64,000 nucleotides of DNA, taken from the NCBI GenBank assembly GCA_002104905.1, contig MCFE01000089.1, forward strand, positions 1 to 64,000, given 5' to 3'. Positions 34,862 to 47,099 of this stretch are shown here, in pieces (positions within the stretch are counted from its first letter, which is position 1; every line of letters begins with the position of its first letter). The notes under the pieces are model-generated. The model saw nothing but the letters and a program-made list of their open reading frames with translations, was not told where the DNA came from and did not search any database. The DNA comes from Basidiobolus meristosporus CBS 931.73 (Eukaryota; Fungi; Basidiobolomycota). The position numbers and the translations under genes were made by a program.

Positions 34862-36157
34862 ATGTCTTCTCCACCTAAACCTTGGGAAAAGTCCTCCCAG
34901 AATTCAGCTGTCCCCACAATGTCTACTACTAATGCCAGCACAACAAGTGCCTCTTTAGGAGGAAACCCCCCAGCTGTTCCTGAGAGACCAGCAACGACCG
35001 GCTACGGGGCTACTAATGGTACCGTCCTTATTTCTTTTTGCCTGCAGATGGGCTGAATGTTCTAATTCGTTTCTCTTCTTATAGGAGCTTACGGCGGTGG
35101 TGTGGGAGGCTATCGTACTGGCTACGGTGGGTATGGAACTGGCGGATATGGAAGTGGCTACGGAACAAGCGGGTACGGTTCCGGCTACTCAAACTATGGA
35201 TCTCGCTACGGTGGATACGGAGGAGGCATGTACGGAAGCAGCGGATACGGCGGCTATGGAGGGTACAGCAGTGGATATGGTAGTTACGGTGGGTATGGCG
35301 GTGGATACGGCGGGTATGGATCGCGCTATGGCTATGGTAATATGGGCATGGGCATGGGTCCTAACGGCCCAGAAGGCCCAGGTCTTCTGAACACCGTCGA
35401 ATCAACCGTTCAGCCCACCTTTCAAGCAATAGACAGCATCGTCAACGCTTTCGGTGGAATCGCCCATATGTTAGAGTCCACTTTTATGGCTACGCACTCT
35501 TCTTTCATGGCGATGGTTGGTGTAGTCGATCAGTTCGGCCGACTTAGATCCCACCTCGGTCAGGTTTTGAGTGTGTTCGCACTAATTCGCACTGTTCGTA
35601 ATCTCTTCTATCGTATGGTAGGAAAGAAACCACCAGTTAACCCAGATGAGCTGAATGTTACGGACTTCAGTGGGTTCGAGCAAAAGAAGTCCTCTAAACG
35701 TCCGGTCATCATATTTTTGCTGGTCGTACTTGGCATTCCATTCCTGATGCACCGTTTAATCATGTCGTTGGCTAAACGGCAGCAAGCGAAGGGTGTTTTG
35801 CCTGCCCCCGGCGTACCCGGCCAACAAGGCCCACTTCCCAAGGATGTCGAGTTCGCCAGAGCTACCTACGACTTCAATGGGGATAATAACGTCGAGCTTA
35901 GCCTCAAGCGCGGTGATGTTATTGCCATTCTTAGCAAGAGCGACATGAATGGCCAGCCTAGCGATTGGTGGAGAGGAAGACTCCGTAATGGACAAATGGG
36001 CATCTTCCCATCAAATTATGTTGAGATCTTGGATAAGAAGTCCAACTCGCCCAACAACGCCCCGTCACCGAGTGTTCCTCCAATGAGCATTGGCAACGAG
36101 GATGCAGTCGAGAGTAACGACTTTACCGATGCATTCGTGAACTCCACTGCCGCCTGA
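34862..36157 (+). CDS. PEX13: Peroxin 13 (409 aa, 2 exons)
   Basis: Exons 34862-35018 and 35085-36157. N-terminal SPPKPWE, long YG-rich region, TFQAIDSIVNAFGGIAHMLESTFMATHSSFMAM, C-terminal SH3 (FARATYDF...ELSLKRGD...DWWRG...GIFPSNYVE). Confidence 0.97.
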
Positions 36158-36649
36158 GTAAATTCAGACTTCACTTCCTCTATGCGCTCCACCTTCTTTC
36201 GCCCTTAATCCCTACCAATCATTACGCCCAGATTCGTAACCACTATCATTTGAACACAATTACCATATTCTTTTAGCAACCCTGCTCCCTTTACACTGTT
36301 AAATATCATTCATCCTTATATTACGAGGTATCCTTATGACTCACGAGAATAAACCAGACATGAATCAGAATGCGTAGCCATTGGGAGCGGATATTTTAGA
36401 GCAAGATTGTCGTAAGGTTCACGTGAGTAGTAGTACATCGATGAATCATGCCCCATTTCATGTGACCGATGTGGGCATTGAGGTAATACCAAGTTCCAGA
36501 ACGGTAGACTGTTGTCCTACCATCAATGGATGATGAATCTCTAAATGATTCACCAAGCAGCCGAAGGCTCAGTACTGAGCATTCTAGTGAGGATGCGAAT
36601 GGAGTACTCAAGAGCAATGGAGCCTTTTCGGTGGTGACGAGCGAATCAA

Positions 36650-39300
36650 ATTAAGCCGCAGATGGATCCCGGTGATGAAGGAGCCCTACAGGGCGGACAT
36701 GAGGAAGAGATGCTACCAGAGCAAGTCAATGTTTGTTTCGCGCATAGCCCTTGGCTCGATGGTGTAAATGAGGGTTCATCAGGTCCTGAGAGATCGGATT
36801 CGTAGAACACTGGACCCCATGTGGATGTCCGCAAGGTTCTACATCTCCGTCGGGTAGGTTCTGCATGCGTGGAGAGCGCAACAGCTTGCGGGAATCCGGC
36901 AAATTTATTAAGCGTAATCTCCTGATCCGCCTCGCTCAAATCAACATATACTTTGCACTTGCTCCCCAAGTATTTTCCCGCCCATGTTTGTCTGGTAGCA
37001 AGCTTCGGGCACGATCGCGTCTTCAAGCTGTGGCAATGGAACCATCACGTCATTCCTGACCAATCCACAGCACTCTGGTGGTACCCTCTTGGGAACTCAT
37101 GCCGCTCTTGGGAAAACGCCAGAGTTGCCTGATTTTCATGGGGATCCCAATCCACTTGGGCCTTTGCCTGTTGTCAGAGTGATACATGCAAAACCCATGC
37201 TGAGCATCGGTACCATAGATTATACCATCTACCAGGAACAGGAAATCCGACGATTCTACTACTTAGGTGTTTCCCACCGTTTCCCACCGTTACCCATCGC
37301 TTGGCAGACATATGCTTATGCTTGCCTTATGCGAGCCTCCTGATGCCCTTATGAGACTGGAGATATGATTGGAGTACAGCTTTGACTCGTCGCATGCTTC
37401 CCAGCGGATCCTGGATGGGTTGATCTCTGGAAGCCAATGCAGTGGCTTCATTCGATAGGCAGTTCTTAGTGGTGGTCCTTGTTCCGGTGCCATTGAGCAG
37501 CGGGCTGGAGCGCGTGTCCATGGTTTCCTGACTCCTCTCAAGATGATCCCTTTGGCCATCCCCGACTTTGCATCGGAAATGCATTTGCTGCTCCACTCAA
37601 CACCATACACCCTCGGCGGGTGAATGCTCCGTACATCCTCCACCCCTTCATGGCCAATTCTAGCCGAAGCCAGTATTGGCGGGAACAATTCGATGAATCT
37701 CCAACCTGCGTGGTTGGAGTTACCCAAGGGGATCGAGTACGAGGTTCGGTGCTCATTTGGAATATTCTCTTGGGTGGATGCTTCAGCTAATCGGCAAGGA
37801 TAAGTGACGGTTACGCCTGGTTGTTGGTGTTCCAATCAAACCACTTAATTGTAACCCGATAAACCTGCTTTAAATTAAACCTCGTCAGAATGCCGGCGGT
37901 ATTGTGGCAGTTCCTCTGGGCATGAGCGGTGTTACACGTTGTCGACAAACCCCCGCTTGATGGATCGTTGATCTGGTCCGGAGCATATGTGGTTTATAGT
38001 TGGCGCTGGGCTGGTTCCAGCCTAGTGGAGCATCCAGTTGAACCCCAGAGAGGATGCATCTATGTCAGACTCTGCAGATCATGTCACGAATGTTTAGTTT
38101 GGTTCAATCTTTCCTGCTCCATCCATCTCCAGATGTTGCGTCCTGGCCAAGATCGTATTGATCCCCTCGTATTCATTCCGTTTTGGTGCGAAGTGGGTGT
38201 CCACTGTGGTGCAGACGCCTCATCGACTCCATGATTGAGGTGGTGACATCTGTGTCCGGGCCCAAGCAACACCGGTAGGCCCTAGGAAATCCTGCTTGAT
38301 CGTCTGCCCACGATGCATCTCGTCAAACTGACGTGGTGGAAGTGATGCGCATCATCGTTCGTGTATCTAGACGGGATGGAAAAAAGGGTTCCCTCCGGAT
38401 GAGCCGAAGGCAGTCTTCGTTGCTGAGACTTCGGTTTCGGGGATTTTGCCACCGTATGCTGGGTGGGGATCCATTCCCCACTGGGAAGTCTGAGCTTTCG
38501 TCGGCATTGTGGCCACGTCAAGAGGACCGAAGCCCACGAGCAGTCCCCTGAAATGGAGTCAAATGGAGACCCCTTCCATGAATTGAGTTGGATGGCAGTC
38601 TCTCACTGTCCCCCGATTATCCTCATCGCGTCCAACCAGTTTTTTCTGGCTGGGAACCTGAAGCTAGTGGTCTCAGATACAGCTGCACCCTACGGCTCAC
38701 CGATAAATGAGATGCCAAGGTTCGGTATAATCGTGGGCCGAAAAGTGATACAATAATCCCATTCAGGTCTAATCATTCCTCTGACCCAGAGGCGACATTA
38801 CGTCGCAAACCATCCGGAATCCACCAATGCTCACACAGGAAACCCCTACACATTTCATGGCCTCTAACAACACCGGCTGTTTCAATCATTTGACGCTGTG
38901 TCTGATTGTCCATATTCGGTGGGCCCATACGCTTTGAAGGGAGATCTCGCTGCGAGCGCAAAGTGGTCCTGACTGCGTGGAGGGCAGGCCAAGGAGAGTT
39001 TTAGGGAATTTCGAGAAATGCTGCCCAATGATGGAAATGCCTTCGACATCTCGTGCTTGGCCTATAGGGTGTTGCGAAGTATTGGTGTACCATCTAGTCA
39101 ACCACTCTCATATTCCGATTTTACTCCTGTGTGGTTCATTTCTACTGAATTGGTGGTGTTCGGAATTCCCACAGTATCGTGGAAATGCTGGAGGGTTGGA
39201 TGGGCGTGGCTTTCAAATCCGCCTGTAGTCCCCAAACTTCACGCACCGCCAGCTACGACCCATCTGCTGATTGCTCATATCTCCTGGGTTCCAATTTTGC
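36650..39300 (-). mobile_element. Degenerate DIRS-type (tyrosine recombinase) retrotransposon
   Basis: Minus-strand remnants in DIRS order: RT-like (RPTIIPNLGISF...RFPARK...IQLNSWKG), RNase H-like (DIDASSLGF...INHIC), WRFIELFP (DLFA-like), then YR-like DSRKLLRSPRMQNLPDGDV near 36870. Many stops; CpG retained. Confidence 0.5.
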
Positions 39301-40084
39301 TCGTTGCCAAGTTGGAAATTATTGGCTGCAAGAAATATAAATATGCGCTAATTCCCTTTGTACAACACCTCCGGGGACACCTTTTTTATTTGGTTGTCCT
39401 GTTGGCATATCAAGTCCGAAAAATGGAATCAGACTTTCGAGTGCTACGCAGCTCTTCTAGTTCTTCAACTCACCAGCAATACTACCCAAACCTTGCCACT
39501 GGTTGTGAGCTCCAAGCGTACTGTCCCTGGTTGTCTACTTTGCCTGGGCGATGCTGCTGCTGGTCTGGAGAAAGACTACTTGGCCTGGACTTCTGTCATG
39601 AAGCCCAAAGTGACTGCCATAAGGCCAAAGATTGATGGTCTATTGATATTAAGACAGAAATCTTGCCTGTGAAAAGTGTGCTAAATAGGTACTGCTATAT
39701 CGGAAGAAAAGATTTGAAGAACGGAAGCAAAGAAACGGTTGATACATTAAATGCTGAAGAGAATCATGCACTCCCTGCAAAAAAACATTCAAGATCTGGC
39801 GAGATTGTACTTGCTGATCAATGCGCAGACTGTTTGACAAAGATTCTGCACCGGACATTATCCCAAGTGGATGGCAGGGTCTATTACAATAGAGCATCTA
39901 TCTTGAATTTCAAACTTTCCTTGTTTTTTCGGAAGTGGTTCTGTGAAATGCTCCAACACTAAGATATTGGAAAATAGTGAGATGCGCAAATCCGTGGGCT
40001 TTCACCAGCACATCTCTCTTATGATGCTTGCAAGCCTGCCATAAAAGTATCCTGAGCTAGCCACCAAAGACTCCTCAGGTGCAT

Positions 40085-40460
40085 CTACTTGGTGATCCTG
40101 CATCCAGAATTGTCAATGCTGAAGTTGAGTCCTTCTGCTGTGGCCTTGCTTACAGATAGTAGGTTCTGGGCTATTTCTGGTACAATGAGTACTTCTTTAA
40201 AGGTCAGTGTATGGCTTCCTTCACTGCTTCTTAGGTTCACTTAGATAGTTCCTTCTCCCACTACATCAAGTGTTCTATTGTCACCCATGAAAACTTCTTG
40301 ATTGGAATTTCTTGATATTGAGTAAAAAGTTTTTTTTGGTGTGTAAAGTGTTGAGATGCTCCAGAGTCAATATACCATGTCTGAGAATCCTTGTTTGTGT
40401 TCATATTAAGTACAGATATGAATAGTCTATCTTCAGTTGTTACAGCACCCTGCAAAAAAC
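40085..40460 (-). mobile_element. Ty1/Copia family A protease fragment
   Basis: TWYIDSGASQHFT and VPEIAQNLLSVSK; closely similar to 43110-43460. Confidence 0.85.
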
Positions 40461-40852
40461 TATTGTGATGATCCGGTCAAAAGGCCATCACAAACTCTAA
40501 GTCCCATGACTAAGAGGTATTGATCCCATCAGGACACTGTGCAAAGACCATCAAAAAATAATTGCACCCCAGATTCACATAAAACTCAGTCACAATTTTT
40601 CATCACAACAATACAAAAGTGGCTTTTGATTGGTACTCTGCCAATTTTCTCACTTTCTGATCCTGGACACTATATCACTTCCTATATTTGTGTGCATTGG
40701 TTAGCTATTGCCTCTTTTTCACACTCCTTACTTCCTAAATCAGCCATTTCTCTTACTTTTCATGCATACAAATTGATTTATATCCATTGAAGCTTCAGTT
40801 GTACCTCATTTGCAAATTTTATTGACCTATACAAGTCCCTACACCATATACT

Positions 40853-41578
40853 TGTTGTAACAGTCTTAGAGATATTGGAAGTGTTTGGGAGAACAAGTAG
40901 ATTATGTGGTTTTCACTTAATGATTTATTGAATGTAAAAGTAGTATTTATACTTTTACATGGTCTTGGCATTACAAACAAGTAGAATAGGTTAACAAATG
41001 TCCCAAGAGCATGTGTGCAAAGTTTGGGGCTGTTTGGACAACTTTGAGAATTTATGTTCAGGGTACCTGGTATTTTGGTGAAAATATTCTATGTAAATCC
41101 TGACAAGAAATCTGGTCAGTATTCTCTAGAATATGAAGGTAATGATCTAAGTGACTAAGTTAGGTGAATATTTAGGTGGAAATACAAAATTTTACAACAC
41201 TCCCACTCAGCTAAATGTTCATACTGACTAGTCCTAGTTTTGACCTAAGATATTCCAACTTGTCTCTAGCTAATGGTTTGGGAAATATGTCTGCAATCAT
41301 TTCATTTGTAGGACAGTAAACTGAGCTAACTAGGTTATTCTCTATAGCTTCACATATGAAATGATGTCTAATATCTATGTGCTTGGTTCTAGCATGAAAA
41401 GTTGGATTTCTACCTAATTGTATACATCCTTGATTATCTTGAAATAAAGTAATAGGTGTTTTTTGACATAGGCCTAAATCTGTAAAAAGCTTTCTTAACC
41501 ACATTGCCTCTTTTGTAGTTTCACAGGCTGCCATATACTCTGCCTCTGTGGTAGAAAGTGCTACAGTTTGGTGGTGTA
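40853..41578 (-). mobile_element. Copia family A 3' end: RNase H, PPT and 3' LTR (LTR 40853-41199)
   Basis: VALSTTEAEYMA...DNQGCI...RTKHIDIRHHF...MIADIF; PPT GAGTGGGAG abutting a 347-bp TGTTG...CAACA LTR. Confidence 0.9.
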
Positions 41579-41959
41579 TAAGTCCAAGGGACAGATATGT
41601 CCAACACTTCTCAAGTGTTTTGTGTGTGGGGTTTTCACTGGGTGCAATAACCTCTGGCAAAAGCTTGCTAGGAATACTTGGGTTTTGTCTCTAATCTAAT
41701 GTGATGGGGAATAAAGCCACAAGCTTGTCAAGGGAAAACTATTGAGTTACAATCCCCAACCTAGTTGGCATCTTAAAAAAAGTATGTGCTGGGTTCAGCA
41801 TCCTTTGAGATGACAATGTACTAAAGCTTCCAAAGTCAAAACAACTGTAAGCTCCACCAGCAGGGACTTGATAAGAATGCAGCTGTGGTCAATAGTTTCA
41901 AAGAGAGAAAAGTATCTTTGCCTGTACAAGAACAAACTTGGGTAAGAATCAAACATAAT

Positions 41960-42637
41960 GAAAGACACCTACTCTGAGTATTCCTCACAAGTAGTGCCTC
42001 CAAGGTCAGTTGGCTGTCAGCACAGTTTCCTGGGAGTGTCCTGTGGTCTGGGGTTGGAAGTTCAGGTAGCAGCAGGTAGCAGTGATCTCACTAATCAACA
42101 AGTTGGTAAATTGATAAAAGGGATGATGATTTATTTTTGAGGGATAGCCTCCCTTATATACCTTTCTTACTGGCTAAGTGATTACTAATCATAGTGTTCC
42201 CAAAGGTTCCAGATATCAATAGAAATCTTAATGACATCAGAATGACCCAAGAATGTTCTAAGTAGGTGCTGGAAGGTTCTAAGAGGCACAGCACATCTAA
42301 CCAATCATGAATCACTATTCTGAAACCTGTGTAACATAGGGATACCATATACAGTATGGATATGGTAGGGATGGTGACATGGGTTGATCATGTGTCACGG
42401 GTACTGGCGCCGGTACTTGCCTAATATAGAAGTACTTATAGCTAGTAATCTTACATAAAGTGAGGGGTAACTTATGCAATTAGGTAAGCAGGTGTGATAG
42501 TCAACCGGCTTATGGGATAGTACTGATTGGGTAAGACAAATGGGATAAAACTAAAATAAGTGTAGTAGAGATATAGGGAAGGAGAAAATAAGGGAATGAG
42601 CACATCTGTCAGTGGGTGTCACCGTCACCCCACTACA
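41960..42637. repeat. Repeat family B copy 1 (LTR-like, ~680 bp), truncating Copia A1 integrase
   Basis: Alignable with ~48370-49056 (shared GGAAGGTTCTAA.AGGCACAGCACATC.AACCAATCA and ATGGTAGGGATGGT.ACA); ends ...CCACTACA. Left edge approximate. Confidence 0.65.
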
Positions 42638-44577
42638 CCGTGGCTTTAAACTCCCTGAACTTAGACAGAGCCTCTTCCTTTCTCTCCATGAAGTAGGCCT
42701 ATGTGTATCTTGTATAATCATCAAGAAAAGTGATTAAATACTTCTTCCCACCTAAGGATAAATCTTGCATAGGTCCACACAGATCTGAGTGAATTAGATC
42801 TAATTTTTTCTTAGTTTTGATTAACCCAGAGCTCTTGAACGGTTGTCTGGCTTGTTTCCCATATATGCAGGCTTCACAGTGCTCCAAATTAGCTGGAGGA
42901 TCAATTTTCACTCCAGAAATTAGCTGATCTTTGATCATTTTGCGCAAATAATCAAAATTTATATGCCCAAATCTCCTGTGCCAAAACATTGGCATTTCTT
43001 CATTTAAGCTACTTATATTGGCTTCCAAATATGATGGAATATAAGTCAACTTGTATAGGTTCTGATCTCTGATACCTGAAGCAATATTAGCACCATTTTG
43101 ATCAGTGATCTAGCATCCAGAATTGTCAAAGCTGAAACTGAGTCCTTCTGCATTGGCCTTGCTTACAGATAGTAGGTTCTTGGCTATTTCTGGTACATAG
43201 AGTACTTCTTTAAAGGTCACTGTATGGCTTCCTTCACTGCTTCTTAGGTTTACTTGGATAGTTCCTTCTCCCACTGGATCAAGTGTTCTATTGTCACCCA
43301 TGAAAACCCTCTTAATTGGAATTTCTTGATATTGGGTAAAAAGTTCTTTTTGGTGTGTAAAGTGTTGAGATGCTCCAGAGTCAGTATACCATGTCTGGGA
43401 ATCATTGTTTGTAGTCATATTTAGTGCAGATATGAATAGTCTATCTTCAGTTGTTGCACCATTTCCATATTCAGGCTTCTTTTGCTGATTATCTTTCTTT
43501 TTGAGAAACCAGTCTGATGTGTGTCCTTTCCTTTTGCAGTAGTTACAAAACAAGCTGCTGTTGCCTTTGTAGGGTCTTGGGTACCTCCTTTGTTGGTTAT
43601 CATTGCTCATTAAAGCATTTTCTTCTTCCTTCTTATTGGCACTTGATTTTCTTAATTCTTCATCCAGGAGCCTTCCATATATGTAATTTAAGGTCAAATC
43701 TTCAGTTCTGGACTCTAGGGCTGATACAAGGCCCTGAAACTCGTCTGTCAGGCAATTCAGGATGGTAACTATCACATCCACATCAGTAGTTAGTACACCC
43801 ACAGATTCCATCTCATCTACCAGCAGGGTAATTCTGTTTCCTAGCATCATCCTTGTAGTAAAGAATTTTTGTCTCAGATACATTTTCTTAGCAGCTGAAC
43901 ATGACTGGTAGGTGACTTCTAATGACTTCCAGGCATTGTTTGCTGTTTTTGCTCTTGAGCATTGAATTAGCAATTTGTCTTTATCATTAAGGCAAATGCA
44001 GTTAAAGGCACTTTGTTCTTTCTTCTGATACTTTAAGGCTTCCTCTCCCATGTTTTTAGGAGGCATTCTTCTCCCATGACAATATCCCAAAGGCCTCTTT
44101 CTTGTAGTAGCATCTTCATCCTCACCTTCCACACTTGATAGTTAGATCCATCCAACTTTTCAGCAGAGGGAAAAATTCCAGTAATAGCAGTAGTAGACAT
44201 TGCAGAGAGTGACAGCTTGGGGCTCATAACTTGTTGTCAGAGTCTTGGAGATATTGGAAGTGATTGGAGGACAAGTAGATTATGTGGTTTCCACTTAATG
44301 ATATATTGAATGTAAAAGTAGTAGTTATACTTTACATGGTCTTGGCATTACAAACTTGTAGAATAGGTCAAGGAAGGTCCCAAGAACATGTGTGCAAAGT
44401 TTGTGGCTGTTTGGACAACTTCAAGAATCTTCATGTTCTGGGTACCTGGAATTTAGCAAAAATATTCTAAGTAAATCCTGACAAGGAATTTGGTCAGTAT
44501 TCTCTAGAATATGAGGGTAATGATCTAAGTGACTAAGTTAGGAGAATATTTAGATGGAAATACAACTTTTTACAACA
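42638..44577 (-). mobile_element. Copia family A element A1: 5' LTR (44232-44577), PBS, gag, protease, 5' integrase
   Basis: PBS AGTTATGAGCC; gag KLDGSNYQVWKVRMKMLLQERGLWDIV; knuckle CNYCKRKGH; WYTDSGASQH; FWHRRFGH; LDLIHSDLCGPM...FLDDYTRY. Frameshift near 44130. Confidence 0.92.
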
Positions 44578-44599
44578 TCTATTGGTATCAAAGTAGAAA

Positions 44600-44920
44600 T
44601 CTGATGGTAGTCTCATTGGTATCTGGGCTTGGATCACTGTCCAACATGAATAGCTACTTGTATCCATAGATGGATGAATTTTGTATGCTTTCCAGCAGGA
44701 CAACAGTAAATGGCTGTCATGTTGAAGTGCATATTACTATCTTCATTGGAGATACCCCAGTCATCAGCAAGATAGCTGGCATGTTGGGCCGGAATGAATG
44801 GTATGACTGTTGGATGTTTATGATCAAGGTGATTTATTCCATAACTCATGCACATCATTGTTATCCAAACACCAACACTTAGAACAGCATCTTTTCACAG
44901 ACAGAATGTATAGAAGCCAG
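44600..44920 (+). mobile_element. En/Spm (Tnp2-like) transposase fragment
   Basis: IGDTPVISKIAGMLGRNEWYDCW; nucleotide homolog of 49600-49890 in the opposite orientation. Confidence 0.7.
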
Positions 44921-44929
44921 GATGTTTTT

Positions 44930-45822
44930 CATAGGGGCATTTCCATATTGAGGCCTTTTCTGCTAACTATCTCTCTTTTTAAAGCACTGGTCTGATGTGT
45001 GTCCTTTCCTTTTGCAGTTGTTGTAAAGCTGGTTGCTATTGCCTTTAAAAGGCCTTGGGTATCTTCTTTGCTGGTATCATTGCTTATTACAGCATTTTCT
45101 TCTTCCATCTTGTTGGCACTAGATTTTCTTAATTCTTCATCAAGGAGCATTCCATATATATAATCTACGGTCAAATCTGCAGTTCTAGACTCTGGGACTT
45201 ATACAAGACCCTGAAGCTTGTCTGTTGGGCTATTCAGGATGGTTACTATCACATCCTCATCAGCAGTTGGTACACCCACAAATTCCATCTCATTGACCAA
45301 TAGGGTCATTCTGTTAATCACATGATAATATCCTAAGGCCTCTTTCTTGTAGCAGCATCTTAAATCTTCACCTTCCACACTTTGTAGTTAGATCCATCCC
45401 ACTTTTCAGTGGAGGGAAAAATTGCAGTAATAGCAGTAGTAGACACTGCAGAGAGTGACAGCTTGGAGCTCATGACCTGCTGTAAGAGTCCTGGAGATAT
45501 TGGAAGTGCTTAGGGGAACAAGTATATTATGTTGAATACTCTTGATGATTTATTGAATGTAAAAGTAGTATTTGTACTTTTATGTGGTATTGGCATAACA
45601 AAATGTAAGATACACTTTGGAAGGTCCCAAGAGCATTGGTGCAAAGTATAGGTCTGCTTGGACAACTTTTCAATTTTCATGTACTGGGTATCTGATATTT
45701 TGGAGAAAATATCCTGAATAAATCCCAACAAGGAACTTAGTCAGTATTCTATAGGTTTGAAGGTATTGCTCTAAGTGACAAAGTTAGGAGAATATTCAGG
45801 TGGAATCAGAATCTTTACAATA
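44930..45822 (-). mobile_element. Copia family A element A3: 5' LTR (45478-45822), PBS and deleted gag
   Basis: LTR homologous to 44232-44577; degenerate PBS GGTCATGAGCTCC; gag LTVDYIYGMLLDEELRKSSANK. Confidence 0.85.
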
Positions 45823-45829
45823 CTTCTGT

Positions 45830-45980
45830 TTACGGAAACCTTATCCACAAGCACCAGCTGAGTCCCCCTAGATTGAATGTCTTGAACTCCCTGGATAGAC
45901 TGAATTTAGTCTCTTCCAATGTTTCAAGGTTGCAGGTGGCTGTAATAAGATCATCCACATCCTTTTATCACTGACTGAAC
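45830..45980 (-). mobile_element. Copia RT fragment
   Basis: DVDDLITATCNLETLEETKFSLSREFK; homologous to 52250-52350. Confidence 0.7.
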
Positions 45981-46399
45981 AGTTTGACAATGAAAGCTCT
46001 CCAGTTTGACAAATAAACGTTAAGTTCAATCAATGAGTACACTGACCAGATCCAAATGTGAGTTTTCAAATTTAAAAGATCCTGAAGTGCAGGGATGAGC
46101 TTAGAAAGCACACCTCCAAAAGTTCATGATGAAAATATAACATATGTGCTCCAGAACTGCCTGCTACCATTGCTTTGAGTAATGGAATATGCTGGTGGAG
46201 AATATAGTTTAGGTTATGCAAGCAGATGTCTACTATATGTAATAACATAAGTAGCAAGACCAGTAGCAGACTCCTTGAAGTAAAGAATCTGAGACACAAA
46301 GGTGTGGAAGACCTACCATATTTTAGTAGAATGCTCCTGCCAAAAGGTGGTAATATGAAAGAGAATCATTGTTTTCAAGTTTTGCAATTATTAGTAGAC

Positions 46400-46770
46400 A
46401 ACTATGAGTCACTCAATTATATTTTGTTAAAGTCTCTGAGATATCAGAAGTTATTTGGAAAAACTTATTATTAGGCAATCACATGATGATTTATGGTGGG
46501 TAGAAGCTATATTATGACCATTGGTCATTCCTGTCAGAACAAACATAAGCAGTATACTTGGGCTCAGCAAAAAGTATGTGAGCAGGGTTCAGGGCTTTTG
46601 GATATCCCTGTGAATACTGCTTTTCTATAAACTCAACAACTTAACACAGATATTCCCCAATGTGAAATCTTCAAGCTGGAAATCAGCTTGGATTATGAGA
46701 GTAATCTGTTGGCCTTTTGTTAAACTGTTACTCCAGGTTCTAAGAAAATACCAACAAAGAACAAGAGTAT
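46400..46770 (+). mobile_element. Possible decayed LINE RT fragment
   Basis: Faint similarity to D..KAYDRV...GFP and GLRQG.PLS motifs; related stretch at ~41700-41950. Very degraded. Confidence 0.2.
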
Positions 46771-46774
46771 GACA

Positions 46775-46991
46775 TGTTGTAAGAGTCTTGGAGATATTTG
46801 AAGTGATTGGGAGAACATGTATATTTTGTGGTTTTCACTTAATGATTGATTGAATGTAAAAGTAAAATTTATACTTCTACATGACCTTGGCATAAAAGCA
46901 AGTAGAAGAGGTTTAGGAAGGTCTCAAGAGCAAGCGTGCAAGGTTTGGGGCTGTTTGGACAACTTTGAGAATCTGCATGTTCTAAGTATCT
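46775..46991 (-). repeat. Partial Copia family A LTR
   Basis: TGTTGTAAGAGTCTTGGAGATATT... matches one end of the other family A LTRs; truncated. Confidence 0.85.
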
Positions 46992-47099
46992 GAGCCCTAT
47001 GAAAAAAGATTTGGTCCTGCAAGTGGATCCAATCCAGATCAGCCATCTGGATCCCATTTAAAAACCGTATTAATACCAGCAGCTTGGAATTAGTGACCC

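Noticed and set aside
39663-39962. 99-aa ORF at the compartment boundary
   Set aside because: No recognisable family; probably TE debris.
40500-40850. Possible Tc1/mariner fragment
   Set aside because: Only faint similarity to the W..V.FSDES motif, with stops; unsupported.
40853-44577. Single intact Copia element bounded by LTRs 40853-41199 and 44232-44577
   Set aside because: Flanks ATACT and TCTAT are not a TSD, RT is missing and foreign sequence intervenes; treated as separate or rearranged pieces.
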